Shown: positions 38,999 through 49,314 of the stretch, in pieces
Layout of the letters: each line of letters starts with the position of its first letter
Numbering within the stretch: the first letter of the stretch is position 1
Assembly (NCBI GenBank): GCA_963756115.1
Contig: CAVWMN010000010.1
Location: 688,109 to 752,108 of the forward strand
From: an uncultured Flavobacteriaceae bacterium
GTDB taxonomy: Bacteria; Bacteroidota; Bacteroidia; Flavobacteriales; Flavobacteriaceae
Direction: 5' to 3'
Length of the DNA: 64,000 nucleotides
Translations under genes and position numbers: made by a program
The notes under the pieces: model-generated
What the model saw: only the letters and a program-made list of their open reading frames with translations
The model's database searches: none
What the model was told of the DNA's origin: nothing

Positions 38999-40591
38999 TC
39001 AGAGGATATAATCCGTGCTGATAAAATTGGAAAGTTTGGTCTCCAGGAGTTCCCGCACGGTTTGGGTATTAAGATCATTGTCCTTAAAGGCTACAAAGGT
39101 CCTTACGGAGAAAGAACGCAATGCATCGTGCACACTCAGTGTGGATTGCGCAGAATCTTTCCGGCCGGTAAAGGGATAAACATCCGGACCACGCTGGCAG
39201 GAACTATTCAGGTTTACACGGCAGACCAGGTTTACCAGGGTGTCTATTAAAGGTGCCAGGGCGTAGACATCCTTTCCAAACAGGCTCACCTGCTGCCCGT
39301 AGTTACTTGCTGCCATATCATCGAGGGGTTCTGAGATATCCTTAAAGGTCAGCACCGGGATAACAGGCCCGAATTGTTCTTCCTGGTATACCCGCATTTC
39401 CTTGGTAACAGGGTAAAGCACTGCAGGCCAGATATAGTTTTCACTTCGCTCCCCCCCTTTTTTGTTCAGTATTTCAGCGCCTTTTTCAAGGGCATCATCC
39501 AGGAGTTCCTGGATATAATCTGGTTTTGAGGGTTCGGGGAGGGGTGTTAGCTGCACCCCTTCTTCCCAGGGATTGCCAAATTTCAGGCTGTCTACCCGTT
39601 CAGAAAACCGCCTGTTAAATTCCGTGACAATATCCTCGTGCACATAGATGACCTTTAAGGCGGTGCACCGCTGGCCATTAAACGATAAGGTTCCGGCAAT
39701 GCATTCGTCAATGGTGAGGTCCATATCAGCATCAGGAAGGATAATTGCAGGGTTCTTGGCTTCGAGGCCCAGAACGAGCCGCAGCCGGTTGCTTTTTGGA
39801 TGTTGTTCCTGCAGGGCATTGGCCGACCTGCTGTTACCGATCAAAGCCAGGACATCAATTTTACCAGTTTTCATGATAGGCGCTGCCACTACCCTGCCCC
39901 TTCCGAAAAGGATATTGACCACTCCTTTGGGGAAACTGCTCTGAAATGCCTCCATCAAAAAGCTTATCAGCAACACCCCGTGTTTGGCAGGTTTAAATAT
40001 CGTGGTGTTACCCATGATTATTGCCGGGATCAGCAGGGCAAAGGTTTCATTAAGCGGGTAATTATACGGGCCAAGGCAAAGGACTACGCCCAACGGACCC
40101 CTCCGTATGTGTGCATAAACCCCATCATGCTTCTGGAATTTGGCCGAATTTCGATCGAGTTGTTTATAATCTTCGATCGTATCGTAAATATATTCCACGG
40201 TACGGTCAAATTCCTTCCGGGAATCTGCCAGGGTCTTACCGATCTCCCACATCAGCATTTTTACAACAGGCTCCCTGTAGGTTTCCATTTGCTTTACAAA
40301 CTTCTCCATACATTCTATACGGTCCGCCACCTTCATAGTCGGCCAAATGCCCTGCCCCTGATCATAGGCTTCCACAGCGGCTTCCATCGCTTCCAGGGCA
40401 GCTATTTCATCCATATCAGGGATGCTTCCCAGGAGGGTGGGTTCATATGCTGCAGCCGTGGATATGGAGGAATATACTTCAGTAAAGTTTCCCTGCCATT
40501 TTCTTAATTCCCCGTTGACCAGGTATTTTTCCTGGTGGATAGGTTCAAGTATTGTAAATTCGGCGGGTATCGCTATTCCTGTGGCACTCAT
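38999..40591 (-). CDS. NADP-dependent aldehyde dehydrogenase, non-phosphorylating GAPDH (GapN)-like
   Basis: 530-aa ALDH-superfamily ORF with the catalytic Cys context [10 protein letters not shown] and the general-base region LGLEAKNP. Its start lies 31 nt after the ilvC stop. Confidence 0.75.
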   Translation of the reverse strand: MSATGIAIPAEFTILEPIHQEKYLVNGELRKWQGNFTEVYSSISTAAAYEPTLLGSIPDMDEIAALEAMEAAVEAYDQGQGIWPTMKVADRIECMEKFVKQMETYREPVVKMLMWEIGKTLADSRKEFDRTVEYIYDTIEDYKQLDRNSAKFQKHDGVYAHIRRGPLGVVLCLGPYNYPLNETFALLIPAIIMGNTTIFKPAKHGVLLISFLMEAFQSSFPKGVVNILFGRGRVVAAPIMKTGKIDVLALIGNSRSANALQEQHPKSNRLRLVLGLEAKNPAIILPDADMDLTIDECIAGTLSFNGQRCTALKVIYVHEDIVTEFNRRFSERVDSLKFGNPWEEGVQLTPLPEPSKPDYIQELLDDALEKGAEILNKKGGERSENYIWPAVLYPVTKEMRVYQEEQFGPVIPVLTFKDISEPLDDMAASNYGQQVSLFGKDVYALAPLIDTLVNLVCRVNLNSSCQRGPDVYPFTGRKDSAQSTLSVHDALRSFSVRTFVAFKDNDLNTQTVRELLETKLSNFISTDYIL

Positions 40592-40622
40592 ATTCCTGGA
40601 TATTTAGTGATTAGATGGTATG

Positions 40623-42098
40623 CTACACAATGGGTTTCATAGCGGTCATGGATGCCCTTAACCTGGATCCCACCACTTCTACCGGATGTTCCCTCAATGC
40701 TTTGTTGACGGCTATCAGCCGGGCGTTATCCACATTGGTGTCCTTATCCTCTCCAAAGTGCTTACCGATTACATCCGTATCAATTTTTTTCATAAAATCG
40801 GCAAGAAGCGGTTTGCACGCATGGTCAAACAGGTAGCAGCCATATTCTGCGGTATCTGAGATGACACGGTTCATTTCAAACAGTTTTTTCCTGGCTATGG
40901 TATTGGCGATCAGGGGCGTTTCATGCAGGGATTCATAATAGGCAGATTCCCCGATGATCCCGGATGCTGTCATTGACTCATAGGCCAGTTCCACCCCGGC
41001 CCGGACGAAGGCAACCATCAGCACCCCGTGATCATAGTATTCCTGTTCGGAAATTTTTGTATCCCCGGCCGGTGTTTTTTCAAAGGCAGTCTCCCCGGTT
41101 GCAGCACGCCAGGTGAGGAGATTTTTATCGTTATTAGCCCAATCTTCCATCATGGTCCTTGAAAAATGGCCGCTCATAATATCGTCCATATGCTTTTCGA
41201 AAAGGGGTCGCATTATATCTTTCAAAGTCTCCGATAGCTCAAAGGCTTTTATTTTCGCCGGGTTGGAGAGGCGGTCCATCATATTGGTAATACCACCATA
41301 TTTCAGGCCTTCCGTCACGGTCTCCCAGCCATACTGTATCAGCCTGGAGGCATACCCTGGATCGATCCCTTTTTCCAGCATTTTATCAAAACACAGGATG
41401 GATCCGGTTTGCAAAAGCCCGCACAGGATGGTCTGTTCCCCCATAAGGTCAGATTTGACCTCTGCTACAAAAGATGATTCCAGGACCCCTGCTTTATGGC
41501 CGCCGGTTGCGACTGCATATGCCTTCGCCTGTTCCAATCCTTTGCCCTCCGGATCATTATCAGGATGAACCGCGATAAGGGTAGGCACTCCAAAACCGCG
41601 TTTATATTCTTCCCGTACTTCAGACCCCGGGCATTTTGGTGCCACCATGATCACTGTAATATCCTCCCGTATCTGCATCCCCTCCTCCACGATGTTAAAG
41701 CCATGCGAATAGGAAAGGGTGGCTCCTTTTTTCATCAGGGGCATAATATTTTTAATAACACTGGTATGCTGTTTGTCCGGGGTGAGGTTTATAACCAGGT
41801 CCGCGGTCGGTATCAAATCTTCATATGTGCCTACCGTAAATCCATTTTCCGCAGCATTTTTATAAGACTGACGTTTTTCCCTGATCGCGGCCTCCCTAAG
41901 TGCATAGGAGATGTCCAGGCCGGAGTCGCGCATATTGAGGCCCTGGTTCAATCCCTGAGCACCACAGCCAACTATGACGATCTTTTTTCCTTTTAACGCT
42001 GTTACACCATCCGAAAATTCATGTGATTCCATAAACCGGCATTTTCCCAATTGCGTCAGTTGGTCCCGTAAGGATAGAGTGTTAAAGTAATTTGCCAT
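40623..42098 (-). CDS. ilvC: Ketol-acid reductoisomerase, class II (long form)
   Basis: 491-aa ORF with the N-terminus [14 protein letters not shown] and [12 protein letters not shown], closely resembling enterobacterial-type long IlvC. Confidence 0.95.
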   Translation of the reverse strand: MANYFNTLSLRDQLTQLGKCRFMESHEFSDGVTALKGKKIVIVGCGAQGLNQGLNMRDSGLDISYALREAAIREKRQSYKNAAENGFTVGTYEDLIPTADLVINLTPDKQHTSVIKNIMPLMKKGATLSYSHGFNIVEEGMQIREDITVIMVAPKCPGSEVREEYKRGFGVPTLIAVHPDNDPEGKGLEQAKAYAVATGGHKAGVLESSFVAEVKSDLMGEQTILCGLLQTGSILCFDKMLEKGIDPGYASRLIQYGWETVTEGLKYGGITNMMDRLSNPAKIKAFELSETLKDIMRPLFEKHMDDIMSGHFSRTMMEDWANNDKNLLTWRAATGETAFEKTPAGDTKISEQEYYDHGVLMVAFVRAGVELAYESMTASGIIGESAYYESLHETPLIANTIARKKLFEMNRVISDTAEYGCYLFDHACKPLLADFMKKIDTDVIGKHFGEDKDTNVDNARLIAVNKALREHPVEVVGSRLRASMTAMKPIV

Positions 42099-42125
42099 TT
42101 TAATTCGTTATATTTTTAAGGTTAG

Positions 42126-42653
42126 TTAACTTGTTCTAAATTTTTCCAATAAAGCGGTGATCTGCATTTTATCCTTGCTGACCGCGATCCTCCCCGAACG
42201 GACGAACTGCATAATACCATAAGGTTTCAGTTGCTGATGCATCTCATCGATTTCACCCCGCCTGCCCGTTTTGGCAATAACAAAATACTCCCGTGATACC
42301 GTAACGATCTGGGCATTGTTTTCCTTTATAATGTTTTGTATCTGGCGTTCGTCAAAAAGAAGGTTGGAGGCGATCTTGAACAGGGCAGATTCCTGATAGA
42401 TGGTCTCTTCGTCTGTATGGTAAAATGCTTTTATCACTTCGATCTGCTTTTCTATTTGCTGAACGATCTTTCGCGTCCAATCTTCAGACGTGAAGACCAC
42501 AACCGTAAACTTTGAAACCCCCTCTATTTCTGATTTAGAGACATTTAAGCTTTCTATATTAATGTGTCTCTTTAAGAATATCCCGGATATACGGTTAAGG
42601 AGTCCCACATTATTTTCGGAATAAACCGAGATGGTGAACCATTTATTTTCCAT
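42126..42653 (-). CDS. ilvN: Acetolactate synthase small (regulatory) subunit
   Basis: ACT-domain start FTISVYSENNVGLLNRISGIF. The preferred ATG is at 42653; the track extends to 42680. Confidence 0.9.
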   Translation of the reverse strand: MENKWFTISVYSENNVGLLNRISGIFLKRHINIESLNVSKSEIEGVSKFTVVVFTSEDWTRKIVQQIEKQIEVIKAFYHTDEETIYQESALFKIASNLLFDERQIQNIIKENNAQIVTVSREYFVIAKTGRRGEIDEMHQQLKPYGIMQFVRSGRIAVSKDKMQITALLEKFRTS

Positions 42654-42706
42654 ACTATAGAGTCTTCCCGCCAGCCCCATATTCCGGCCACCGGATTGTT
42701 TTTAGA

Positions 42707-43297
42707 TTATTGTTTCAATGATTTCCGGACAGCAAGGACAAGTCCTGTTGACCAGTTAAGCTTTGTAATATGAAAGTCGGCCCGACCTTCAAGTTCCCTC
42801 AGGAGGTTTTCTGCCTTGATCCCATGCTCCGGCGGCCAATTATGTTGAGGCATCATATCGTCCACCAGGTAGCAGCCGCCCGGTTTAACCATTTCCAGTG
42901 TCTCTTCCAGCATGCTGTATTTCCCTGGCCAGGCATCTGCAAAAATAAGATCGAATGTTCTGTCCTTATGATCCCTTAGCCATTCGTTACCATCCATACA
43001 TACAAATGTGATTGCGGAGTCATCCCCCAGATACTGTTGGGCCACCTGTAAGCGCGCTGCATCGTTATCAATGGTGGTTACCGTGGTATGCGCATCTTTG
43101 CCTGCTGCTATCCATGACAATGACAGCCCGGTGCCTGTACCCAGTTCCAGGATTTCTCCATTTGGCCTGGAAGTTACCAGGGCCCGGAGAAAGGAACCTG
43201 TCTGCAGGTCAGATGCCATGGAAAAGCCCATCTCCTGCGTTGCATGCAAAATTTCGGCATGTTTCTCCGGCCTGTCGGGGATTGTTATAGTGTCCAT
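42707..43297 (-). CDS. Class I SAM-dependent O-methyltransferase (COMT/family-3-like)
   Basis: 196-aa ORF with motif I ILELGTGTGLS and an acidic loop TIDND. It sits between ilvB (14-nt gap) and ilvN (53-nt gap). Confidence 0.75.
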   Translation of the reverse strand: MDTITIPDRPEKHAEILHATQEMGFSMASDLQTGSFLRALVTSRPNGEILELGTGTGLSLSWIAAGKDAHTTVTTIDNDAARLQVAQQYLGDDSAITFVCMDGNEWLRDHKDRTFDLIFADAWPGKYSMLEETLEMVKPGGCYLVDDMMPQHNWPPEHGIKAENLLRELEGRADFHITKLNWSTGLVLAVRKSLKQ

Positions 43298-43311
43298 TGG
43301 TAAAAGTCCGG

Positions 43312-45045
43312 TTATTTTAAGCGGATGTCTGAAACGGAGGCCCCGGATGGGATCATCGGGAAAACGTTATCCTCTTTTTCCACGCTCACCTCAAGGAAGT
43401 AAGCCTCCGTGGAGGACATCATTTCGGTAATTACAGCTTTCAGGTCTTCCCTCCTGCTTACTTTTTTTGCCTTAATATGGTAGCCTTCCGCTATCTTTAC
43501 AAAGTCAGGGTTGACCATGACGGTAGATGCATACCTTCCTTCGAAGAACAATTCCTGCCATTGCCGAACCATCCCCAGGTGATCATTGTTGAGCACTACG
43601 ATCTTTACAGGTGTTTTATTCTGAAAGATAGTCGCCAATTCCTGGATGGTCATCTGGTATCCACCATCACCAATAATAGCTACCACTTCCCTGTCCATAG
43701 CCCCCATCTTCGCACCTATGGCTGCCGGTAAGGCGAACCCCATAGTCCCGAGTCCGCCCGAGGTAATATTGCTCTTGGTTTGTTTGAATTTAGCATAGCG
43801 GCAGGCGATCATTTGATGTTGCCCGACATCGGTTACAATTACGGCTTTATGTCCGGAGGCCAGGTTGATTTCCTCAATCACTTCCCCCATGGTAAGACCC
43901 TGTTTTGTAGGATGCAGGTCGTTCCGGATGACGGCATCATATTCCTGCCTGTACTTTTTCTTGAATTCATTATGCCATTCCGGATGGCTGTTCTTTTTGA
44001 TCTTTGGCAGGATCTGTGTCAGGGCTTCTTTCGCATCGCCCAGGACGGCAACAGTGGTTTTAATATTTTTATCAATTTCAGCCGGATCGATTTCAAAATG
44101 AATGATCTTAGCCTGTTTTGCGTAGGTATCCAGGCTCCCTGTTACCCTGTCATCAAACCGCATTCCGATGGCAATCAGTAAATCGCATTCATTGGTGAGG
44201 ATATTGGGGCCATAGTTGCCGTGCATTCCAACCATCCCTACATTCAGCGGATGATCCGAGTCCATTGCGGAAAGACCTAAGATTGTCCAGGCCGCAGGTA
44301 TTCCTGCTTTCTCCACCAGCGCTTTTAATTCCTCTTCTGCTTTCCCAAGGATCACCCCCTGTCCAAAAACGATATAGGGTTTCTTAGCCTGGTTGATCAG
44401 ATCAGCAGCCGCTGCAATGGCTTTTTCATCGATTTTAGGCAAGGGATTATAACTCCTTACCCCTTTACAGGGTTCATAACTGAAATCCAATTCTTCAAAC
44501 TGGGCATTCTTAGTAATATCGACCAGGACAGGTCCCGGCCGTCCGGATTTGGCGATATAAAATGCCTTTGCCATGATGTGCGGAATTTCAGCGGCCTTTG
44601 TAACCTGGTAGTTCCATTTCGTTACAGGGGTGGAAATGCCGATTATATCGGTTTCCTGAAAGGCATCCGAACCCAGCAGGTGCCTGGGGACCTGCCCTGT
44701 AATACATACAAGCGGTGTAGAATCGATCTGAGCATCTGCCAGGCCGGTGACCAGGTTGGTAGCACCGGGTCCGGAAGTTGCCATGGCAACCCCTACTTTT
44801 CCCGTAACCCTTGCATAACCCTGGGCCGCGTGTGTCGCTCCCTGCTCATGCCGGGTAAGGATGTGCGATAATTTGTCCCTGAATTTGTATAATTCATCAT
44901 ATACCGGCATGATTGCTCCTCCCGGGTACCCGTAGATCAAATCCACTCCTTCTGCAAGGAGGCAATGGATCAATGCTTCAGCCCCACTTATTTTCAGTGC
45001 CCGCTCCCCGGCCGGTTTGCTATTCTTTTCTTTTACTGTTTCCAT
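43312..45045 (-). CDS. ilvB: Acetolactate synthase large (catalytic) subunit
   Basis: ThDP-enzyme motifs are present (GYPGGAIMPVYD, GGLGTMGFALPAAIGAK, GDGGYQM...NN). The preferred ATG is at 45045; the track extends to 45075. Confidence 0.95.
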   Translation of the reverse strand: METVKEKNSKPAGERALKISGAEALIHCLLAEGVDLIYGYPGGAIMPVYDELYKFRDKLSHILTRHEQGATHAAQGYARVTGKVGVAMATSGPGATNLVTGLADAQIDSTPLVCITGQVPRHLLGSDAFQETDIIGISTPVTKWNYQVTKAAEIPHIMAKAFYIAKSGRPGPVLVDITKNAQFEELDFSYEPCKGVRSYNPLPKIDEKAIAAAADLINQAKKPYIVFGQGVILGKAEEELKALVEKAGIPAAWTILGLSAMDSDHPLNVGMVGMHGNYGPNILTNECDLLIAIGMRFDDRVTGSLDTYAKQAKIIHFEIDPAEIDKNIKTTVAVLGDAKEALTQILPKIKKNSHPEWHNEFKKKYRQEYDAVIRNDLHPTKQGLTMGEVIEEINLASGHKAVIVTDVGQHQMIACRYAKFKQTKSNITSGGLGTMGFALPAAIGAKMGAMDREVVAIIGDGGYQMTIQELATIFQNKTPVKIVVLNNDHLGMVRQWQELFFEGRYASTVMVNPDFVKIAEGYHIKAKKVSRREDLKAVITEMMSSTEAYFLEVSVEKEDNVFPMIPSGASVSDIRLK

Positions 45046-45135
45046 AGTCCAATCAAGACTTTTGTTAATCCCCATTTTTAATAGTAAGCACTACACCAGA
45101 CATCCGCAAAAAGGGAAAACTGCGTCCGGTATATA

Positions 45136-46812
45136 TCAAAACTCATCTGTAACACAACCCTGTGATGCCGATGATACGGTCCTCGCATATTTATATAAAC
45201 TGCCTTTGCTGACCTTTAGAGGGGGCTGTTTCCAACTATCCCTCCTGTGTTGTAATTCTTCAGTTGTCAGCGCCACATCAATACTGTTGTTTTCCGCATC
45301 GATAGTAATGACATCCCCGTCCTTCAAAAGACCGATATTGCCGCCCTCCTGGGCTTCCGGGCAAACATGACCTACGACGAAACCATGGGTGCCTCCTGAA
45401 AACCGGCCATCGGTTATCAGGGCCACCTGTTTGCCTAAACCCGCTCCCATGATAGCAGCGGTTGGCTTCAGCATTTCCGGCATACCCGGCCCGCCTTTAG
45501 GACCTTCATACCTGATTACGACCACGTCGCCCTTTTTTACAAGCCCTTTACCGATACCTTCGTTGGCTTCAAATTCCCCATCAAAGACTTTTGCAGGACC
45601 CTTAAAATAAAGACCTTCCTTTCCTGTTATCTTGGCGACCGAACCTTCCTCTGCAAGATTACCGTACAGTATGCGCAGATGACCCGATGTTTTTATAGGT
45701 GCATTTAAGGGTTTTACCACATCCTGCCCTGCTGCTAATCCCGGTACCTCCGCAAGGTTCTCTGCAATCGTTTTACCGGTAACGGTAAGGCAATCCCCGT
45801 GCAGCATCCCGTTCTCCAGCATAAATTTCATCACAGCGGGCGTACCCCCTACCCTGTGTACATCTTCCATCAAATATTTACCGCTGGGTTTGAGGTCAGC
45901 CAGGAATGGCGTAGTGTCGCTGATGTGCTGGAAATCAGCAAGGCTCAGCGGAATCCCGGCGGCTTTTGCAATAGCCAGAAAGTGAAGGACGGCATTGGTG
46001 GAACCTCCCATAATCGTGATAAGCCTTATGGCATTTTCAAATGATTTTCGGGTGATGATATCGCTGGGTTTAATATCATTTTCCAGCAGGTGACGCAACG
46101 CCCGGCCAGAATTGACGCTATCCGCCTCTTTTTCAGGGCCCACGGCCGGGTTGGAAGAGTTATATGGCATGGCCATTCCCAGGGCTTCTATGGCAGAAGC
46201 CATGGTATTTGCCGTGTACATCCCGCCACAGGCTCCTGCGCCCGGGCAGGCATGCTGTATGACGTTCTTAAATTCCCGATCATCCATAGTGCCGGCAACT
46301 TTTTCACCCCAGGCTTCAAAGGCGGAAACGATGTCCAGTTTTTTGTTGTTCAGGCAGCCTGAAGCAATAGTCCCACCATACACAAGCACAGATGGCCGGT
46401 TCAGGCGGATCATCGCCATAAGGGCACCCGGCATGTTCTTATCACATCCTACAACGGTCACAAGGGCATCGTAATTCATCGCCTGCACCACCGTCTCCAT
46501 GGAATCTGCAATAAGGTCCCGCGAGGGCAGGGAATATCGCATTCCTGCAGTCCCCATGGATATCCCATCACTGACCCCTATCGTATTGAAAACCAGGCCA
46601 ACCATACCTGTTTCGTTGACCCCTTCCTTTACTTTTTGGGCAAGGTCATTCAGGTGCATGTTACAGGGATTCCCTTCATATCCTGTGCTCCCGATCCCGA
46701 TCAATGGCTTCTTAAGGTCCTCCTCACTCAGGCCAATGGCGTAGAGCATTGCCTGGGCCCCGGGTTGGGTTTCATTCTGAGTTATATTTTTACTGAATTT
46801 ATTAAGTTCCAT
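45136..46812 (-). CDS. ilvD: Dihydroxy-acid dehydratase
   Basis: 558-aa IlvD/Edd-family ORF with motifs [21 protein letters not shown] and [16 protein letters not shown]. Confidence 0.95.
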   Translation of the reverse strand: MELNKFSKNITQNETQPGAQAMLYAIGLSEEDLKKPLIGIGSTGYEGNPCNMHLNDLAQKVKEGVNETGMVGLVFNTIGVSDGISMGTAGMRYSLPSRDLIADSMETVVQAMNYDALVTVVGCDKNMPGALMAMIRLNRPSVLVYGGTIASGCLNNKKLDIVSAFEAWGEKVAGTMDDREFKNVIQHACPGAGACGGMYTANTMASAIEALGMAMPYNSSNPAVGPEKEADSVNSGRALRHLLENDIKPSDIITRKSFENAIRLITIMGGSTNAVLHFLAIAKAAGIPLSLADFQHISDTTPFLADLKPSGKYLMEDVHRVGGTPAVMKFMLENGMLHGDCLTVTGKTIAENLAEVPGLAAGQDVVKPLNAPIKTSGHLRILYGNLAEEGSVAKITGKEGLYFKGPAKVFDGEFEANEGIGKGLVKKGDVVVIRYEGPKGGPGMPEMLKPTAAIMGAGLGKQVALITDGRFSGGTHGFVVGHVCPEAQEGGNIGLLKDGDVITIDAENNSIDVALTTEELQHRRDSWKQPPLKVSKGSLYKYARTVSSASQGCVTDEF

Positions 46813-47006
46813 TCTACTGGTTTAAATACGGCTGTTGGCTGGCACTTTTGCGTTTCCCTGCCAAAGATAAATGTTTCATCTGGCCCCTAATTTTAACAGC
46901 ATACACTGGTTCAAATTCAATACGGGGTTATTTGGGTTATAGTGTTGATAATCAATAATGTAATTGATATATTTTACCATATTCAATGCGTGGTGGAAAT
47001 GCGAAG

Positions 47007-47861
47007 CTACAGCTGAAAGGAGACCTGATCCCCGTTTTTCTTTTGGGATAGAAGGGAAATTGCCCTTTCGGACATCTGCAGGATCCTTGGATAACCTCCG
47101 GTTGTTTGCCCGTCGCGCATCAGGATGATCAGTTTACCGGATCCGGTCAACTGCACGGTGCCGGGGAGGGTGGCAGACGTAAGCAGGGTTACGGAATGCC
47201 CCGGTATTGTTTCCTCTAGTTGGTATGCCATCCGGTTGTTTTCCTTTGCTATGCGAAAATCTTTTGAAAACAATAATTCCAGGTGCTGATCTTTTAATAG
47301 CTTGTATTCGGGCCCTGGTTTTACAGGTAACCGCTGCTCCTTATGAAAGGGAGCCGGTCTGATATCCAGTATCCTGGGTTCAAATGAAGTGACCGGTTCA
47401 AAGGGCAGTTCCATAAATTCCTTGATCCGGTTTAGTGTGGTCAGCGGTTTGAAATAAGATCTGCTGCCCAATACTTTTTCTGTTTTGAACCCATTTCGGA
47501 TAGCCAGGTAGGCCCTGAACCCATTGATTAACTTACCAAATGAAACCACATCACCGGCCTGGACTGCATGGACCTTGTAATTAGGTACCGGGTTGCCATT
47601 GATGCTTGCAGACATTTCAGCGCCGGTGATGGCAATGAAGGAAGGAGCTTCAAAAGCAAGGGTGGGCCCGGTCATCGTAATTTCCAGCACCGCATCCCCT
47701 TCGGCATTATCGAGCAGTGTATTGGCCATTTTGGCCGAATAACTATCCATTGCACCGGAGACAGGGACACCTTTATCCCTGAAATTGAAACGTCCCTCAT
47801 CCTGGACCGTCGTAAAAAACCCCGTATGAACTACCCTAAGCATCCAATTTCGATTTATCAA
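47007..47861 (-). CDS. pxpC: 5-oxoprolinase subunit C (PxpC; formerly KipA / allophanate hydrolase subunit 2)
   Basis: 284-aa ORF with the FTTVQDEGRF motif. An alternative start at 47843 gives an 8-nt overlap with pxpB. Confidence 0.85.
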   Translation of the reverse strand: MINRNWMLRVVHTGFFTTVQDEGRFNFRDKGVPVSGAMDSYSAKMANTLLDNAEGDAVLEITMTGPTLAFEAPSFIAITGAEMSASINGNPVPNYKVHAVQAGDVVSFGKLINGFRAYLAIRNGFKTEKVLGSRSYFKPLTTLNRIKEFMELPFEPVTSFEPRILDIRPAPFHKEQRLPVKPGPEYKLLKDQHLELLFSKDFRIAKENNRMAYQLEETIPGHSVTLLTSATLPGTVQLTGSGKLIILMRDGQTTGGYPRILQMSERAISLLSQKKNGDQVSFQL

Positions 47862-48573
47862 TTTTAAAGATCCCTACTTCAGCCTCGATCTTATGGAGAT
47901 CGAAAGCTGCTTTTTTTATGGCATAAAACTGGATCTTATCGCCTATGCTAACAAAACATGGGTCCGGATTATTCACGTTAAAAATAGGGATCGGACACTT
48001 TCCTATAATATTCCATCCCCCCGGTGAATCCTGCGGGTAGATGCCCGTTTGCCTCCCGGCAAGCCCAACCGATCCTTTTGTAACCAACATGCGAGGTGTT
48101 TCCTTCCTTGGGGATTCAAGGAATTTCGGCAATCCACCCAAATACATAAAGCCGGGCAGGAACCCTATTCCATACACCGTATAAATATGACCGGTATGGG
48201 CGGCTATCAGGTCCGGTACAGACATCCCCAGAACCCCGGCAACCTCCTCCAGGTCAATTCCATACTCAAGATCATAGCAAACCGGGAGTTTCCAAAGGTA
48301 ATGTTCCGCTGAAATTTCTGTTGGCTTGCCTTCATACCATTCGGTCAACTTCCTCTTCCATACATTAAATTCAATATGCTCTTCCCTGTTGATAAGGGTA
48401 AGCGAATTATAGGCCGGAACCATTTCCCAGTAGGATGATTCGAGGCAGTTCTGTCTCAGGTATCGGGAAAATTGGAGGATATCGTATAAAATAGCTTCAT
48501 CTACTTTATCGGGCCATTCAACCAGGATGGCCTGTTCACCGAAGGGTTCTATGGTAATGGGATATGGCTTCAC
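47836..48573 (-). CDS. pxpB: 5-oxoprolinase subunit B (PxpB; formerly KipI / allophanate hydrolase subunit 1)
   Basis: 245-aa cyclophilin-like fold ORF with motifs YTVYGIGFLPGFMYLG and GIYPQDSPGGWNIIG. Its start overlaps the pxpA stop by 4 nt (48570-48573). Confidence 0.85.
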   Translation of the reverse strand: MKPYPITIEPFGEQAILVEWPDKVDEAILYDILQFSRYLRQNCLESSYWEMVPAYNSLTLINREEHIEFNVWKRKLTEWYEGKPTEISAEHYLWKLPVCYDLEYGIDLEEVAGVLGMSVPDLIAAHTGHIYTVYGIGFLPGFMYLGGLPKFLESPRKETPRMLVTKGSVGLAGRQTGIYPQDSPGGWNIIGKCPIPIFNVNNPDPCFVSIGDKIQFYAIKKAAFDLHKIEAEVGIFKIDKSKLDA

Positions 48574-49313
48574 TTTTTAATGCAGATATGGTATTTCGGT
48601 AATTCAGAGGAAAGATACATCAATATTTGCAATGCATTCGGGGTATCCCCGTGAATACAAAAAGTATCTGCCCGGATTTTTAAAAGTTCGCCGTCTATTC
48701 CTGGGACCACTTGATCCCTGGCCATGGAAACTATGCGCTGCAAAACGGCTTTGGGAGAAGCTATCACAGCATTTTGCTGCTGGCGCGAAACGAGGCTCAG
48801 GTCTGTCCGGTAAGCCCGGTCGCCAAAAGCTTCGAGTGCACAATCAAATCCACTTTTCCCGGCCTTTTTTGCTATAACGGAGCGCGGGGGGACATACAAT
48901 ACTGCCTTTTCACGGTACGCTTCGATACTTTCCAGATACTGCATTGCCAGTACGGCGTTCGAGGCAATATCGTTATAAAGTGCCCCATGGGCCTTAATAT
49001 GATGCAGTTTAAGGCCCGCTCCTGTTACAAGGTCTTCCAGCAGGCTTATTTGTTCCTGAATGCTTGTCTTCAGATCCCGAGGTGCAATGGTCATAGACAG
49101 CCTTCCAAAATTTTCCCGGTCAGGATACGACGGGTGCGCACCAACCTTTATGCCATTTTCTTTGGCGAGGTGTAGGACCCCCAACATGGTTTCCGCATCC
49201 CCTGCATGCCCGCCACAGGCAATATTACAGGACGAGATATGGGGGAATAATTCGGCTTCATTGCCGATCCCCTCCCCCACGTCACAATTGATATCGATGT
49301 ATATCTTGTCCAT
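48570..49313 (-). CDS. pxpA: 5-oxoprolinase subunit A (PxpA; LamB/YcsF family)
   Basis: 247-aa ORF with motifs DINCDVGEG, SCNIACGGHAGD and HGALYN. Confidence 0.9.
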   Translation of the reverse strand: MDKIYIDINCDVGEGIGNEAELFPHISSCNIACGGHAGDAETMLGVLHLAKENGIKVGAHPSYPDRENFGRLSMTIAPRDLKTSIQEQISLLEDLVTGAGLKLHHIKAHGALYNDIASNAVLAMQYLESIEAYREKAVLYVPPRSVIAKKAGKSGFDCALEAFGDRAYRTDLSLVSRQQQNAVIASPKAVLQRIVSMARDQVVPGIDGELLKIRADTFCIHGDTPNALQILMYLSSELPKYHICIKK

Positions 49314-49314
49314 A

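Noticed and set aside
39800-40507. Long antisense ORFs opposite well-supported genes. Examples are the 235-aa ORF here opposite the ALDH gene, 16233-16937 opposite the metalloprotease, 12416-13006 opposite holA, 11020-11571 opposite the kinase-aminotransferase fusion, 59711-60268 and 19500-20060.
   Set aside because: Each lies fully inside a gene with strong family motifs on the other strand. Their translations are low-complexity (rich in R, P, G, F) with no recognisable motif. Shadow ORFs like these are expected from codon bias.
46814-46879. A 21-codon upstream ORF ([21 protein letters not shown]) ending 1 nt before the ilvD ATG, considered as an ilv attenuation leader.
   Set aside because: It is not enriched in Ile, Val or Leu codons and no associated terminator hairpin is visible. 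It is probably fortuitous.
46900-46930. A GGTTCAAAT-like sequence, examined during a general scan of intergenic regions for tRNA or tmRNA genes.
   Set aside because: There are no flanking complementary T-stem, acceptor stem or anticodon arm sequences. I could not fold any cloverleaf in any intergenic region of the window.
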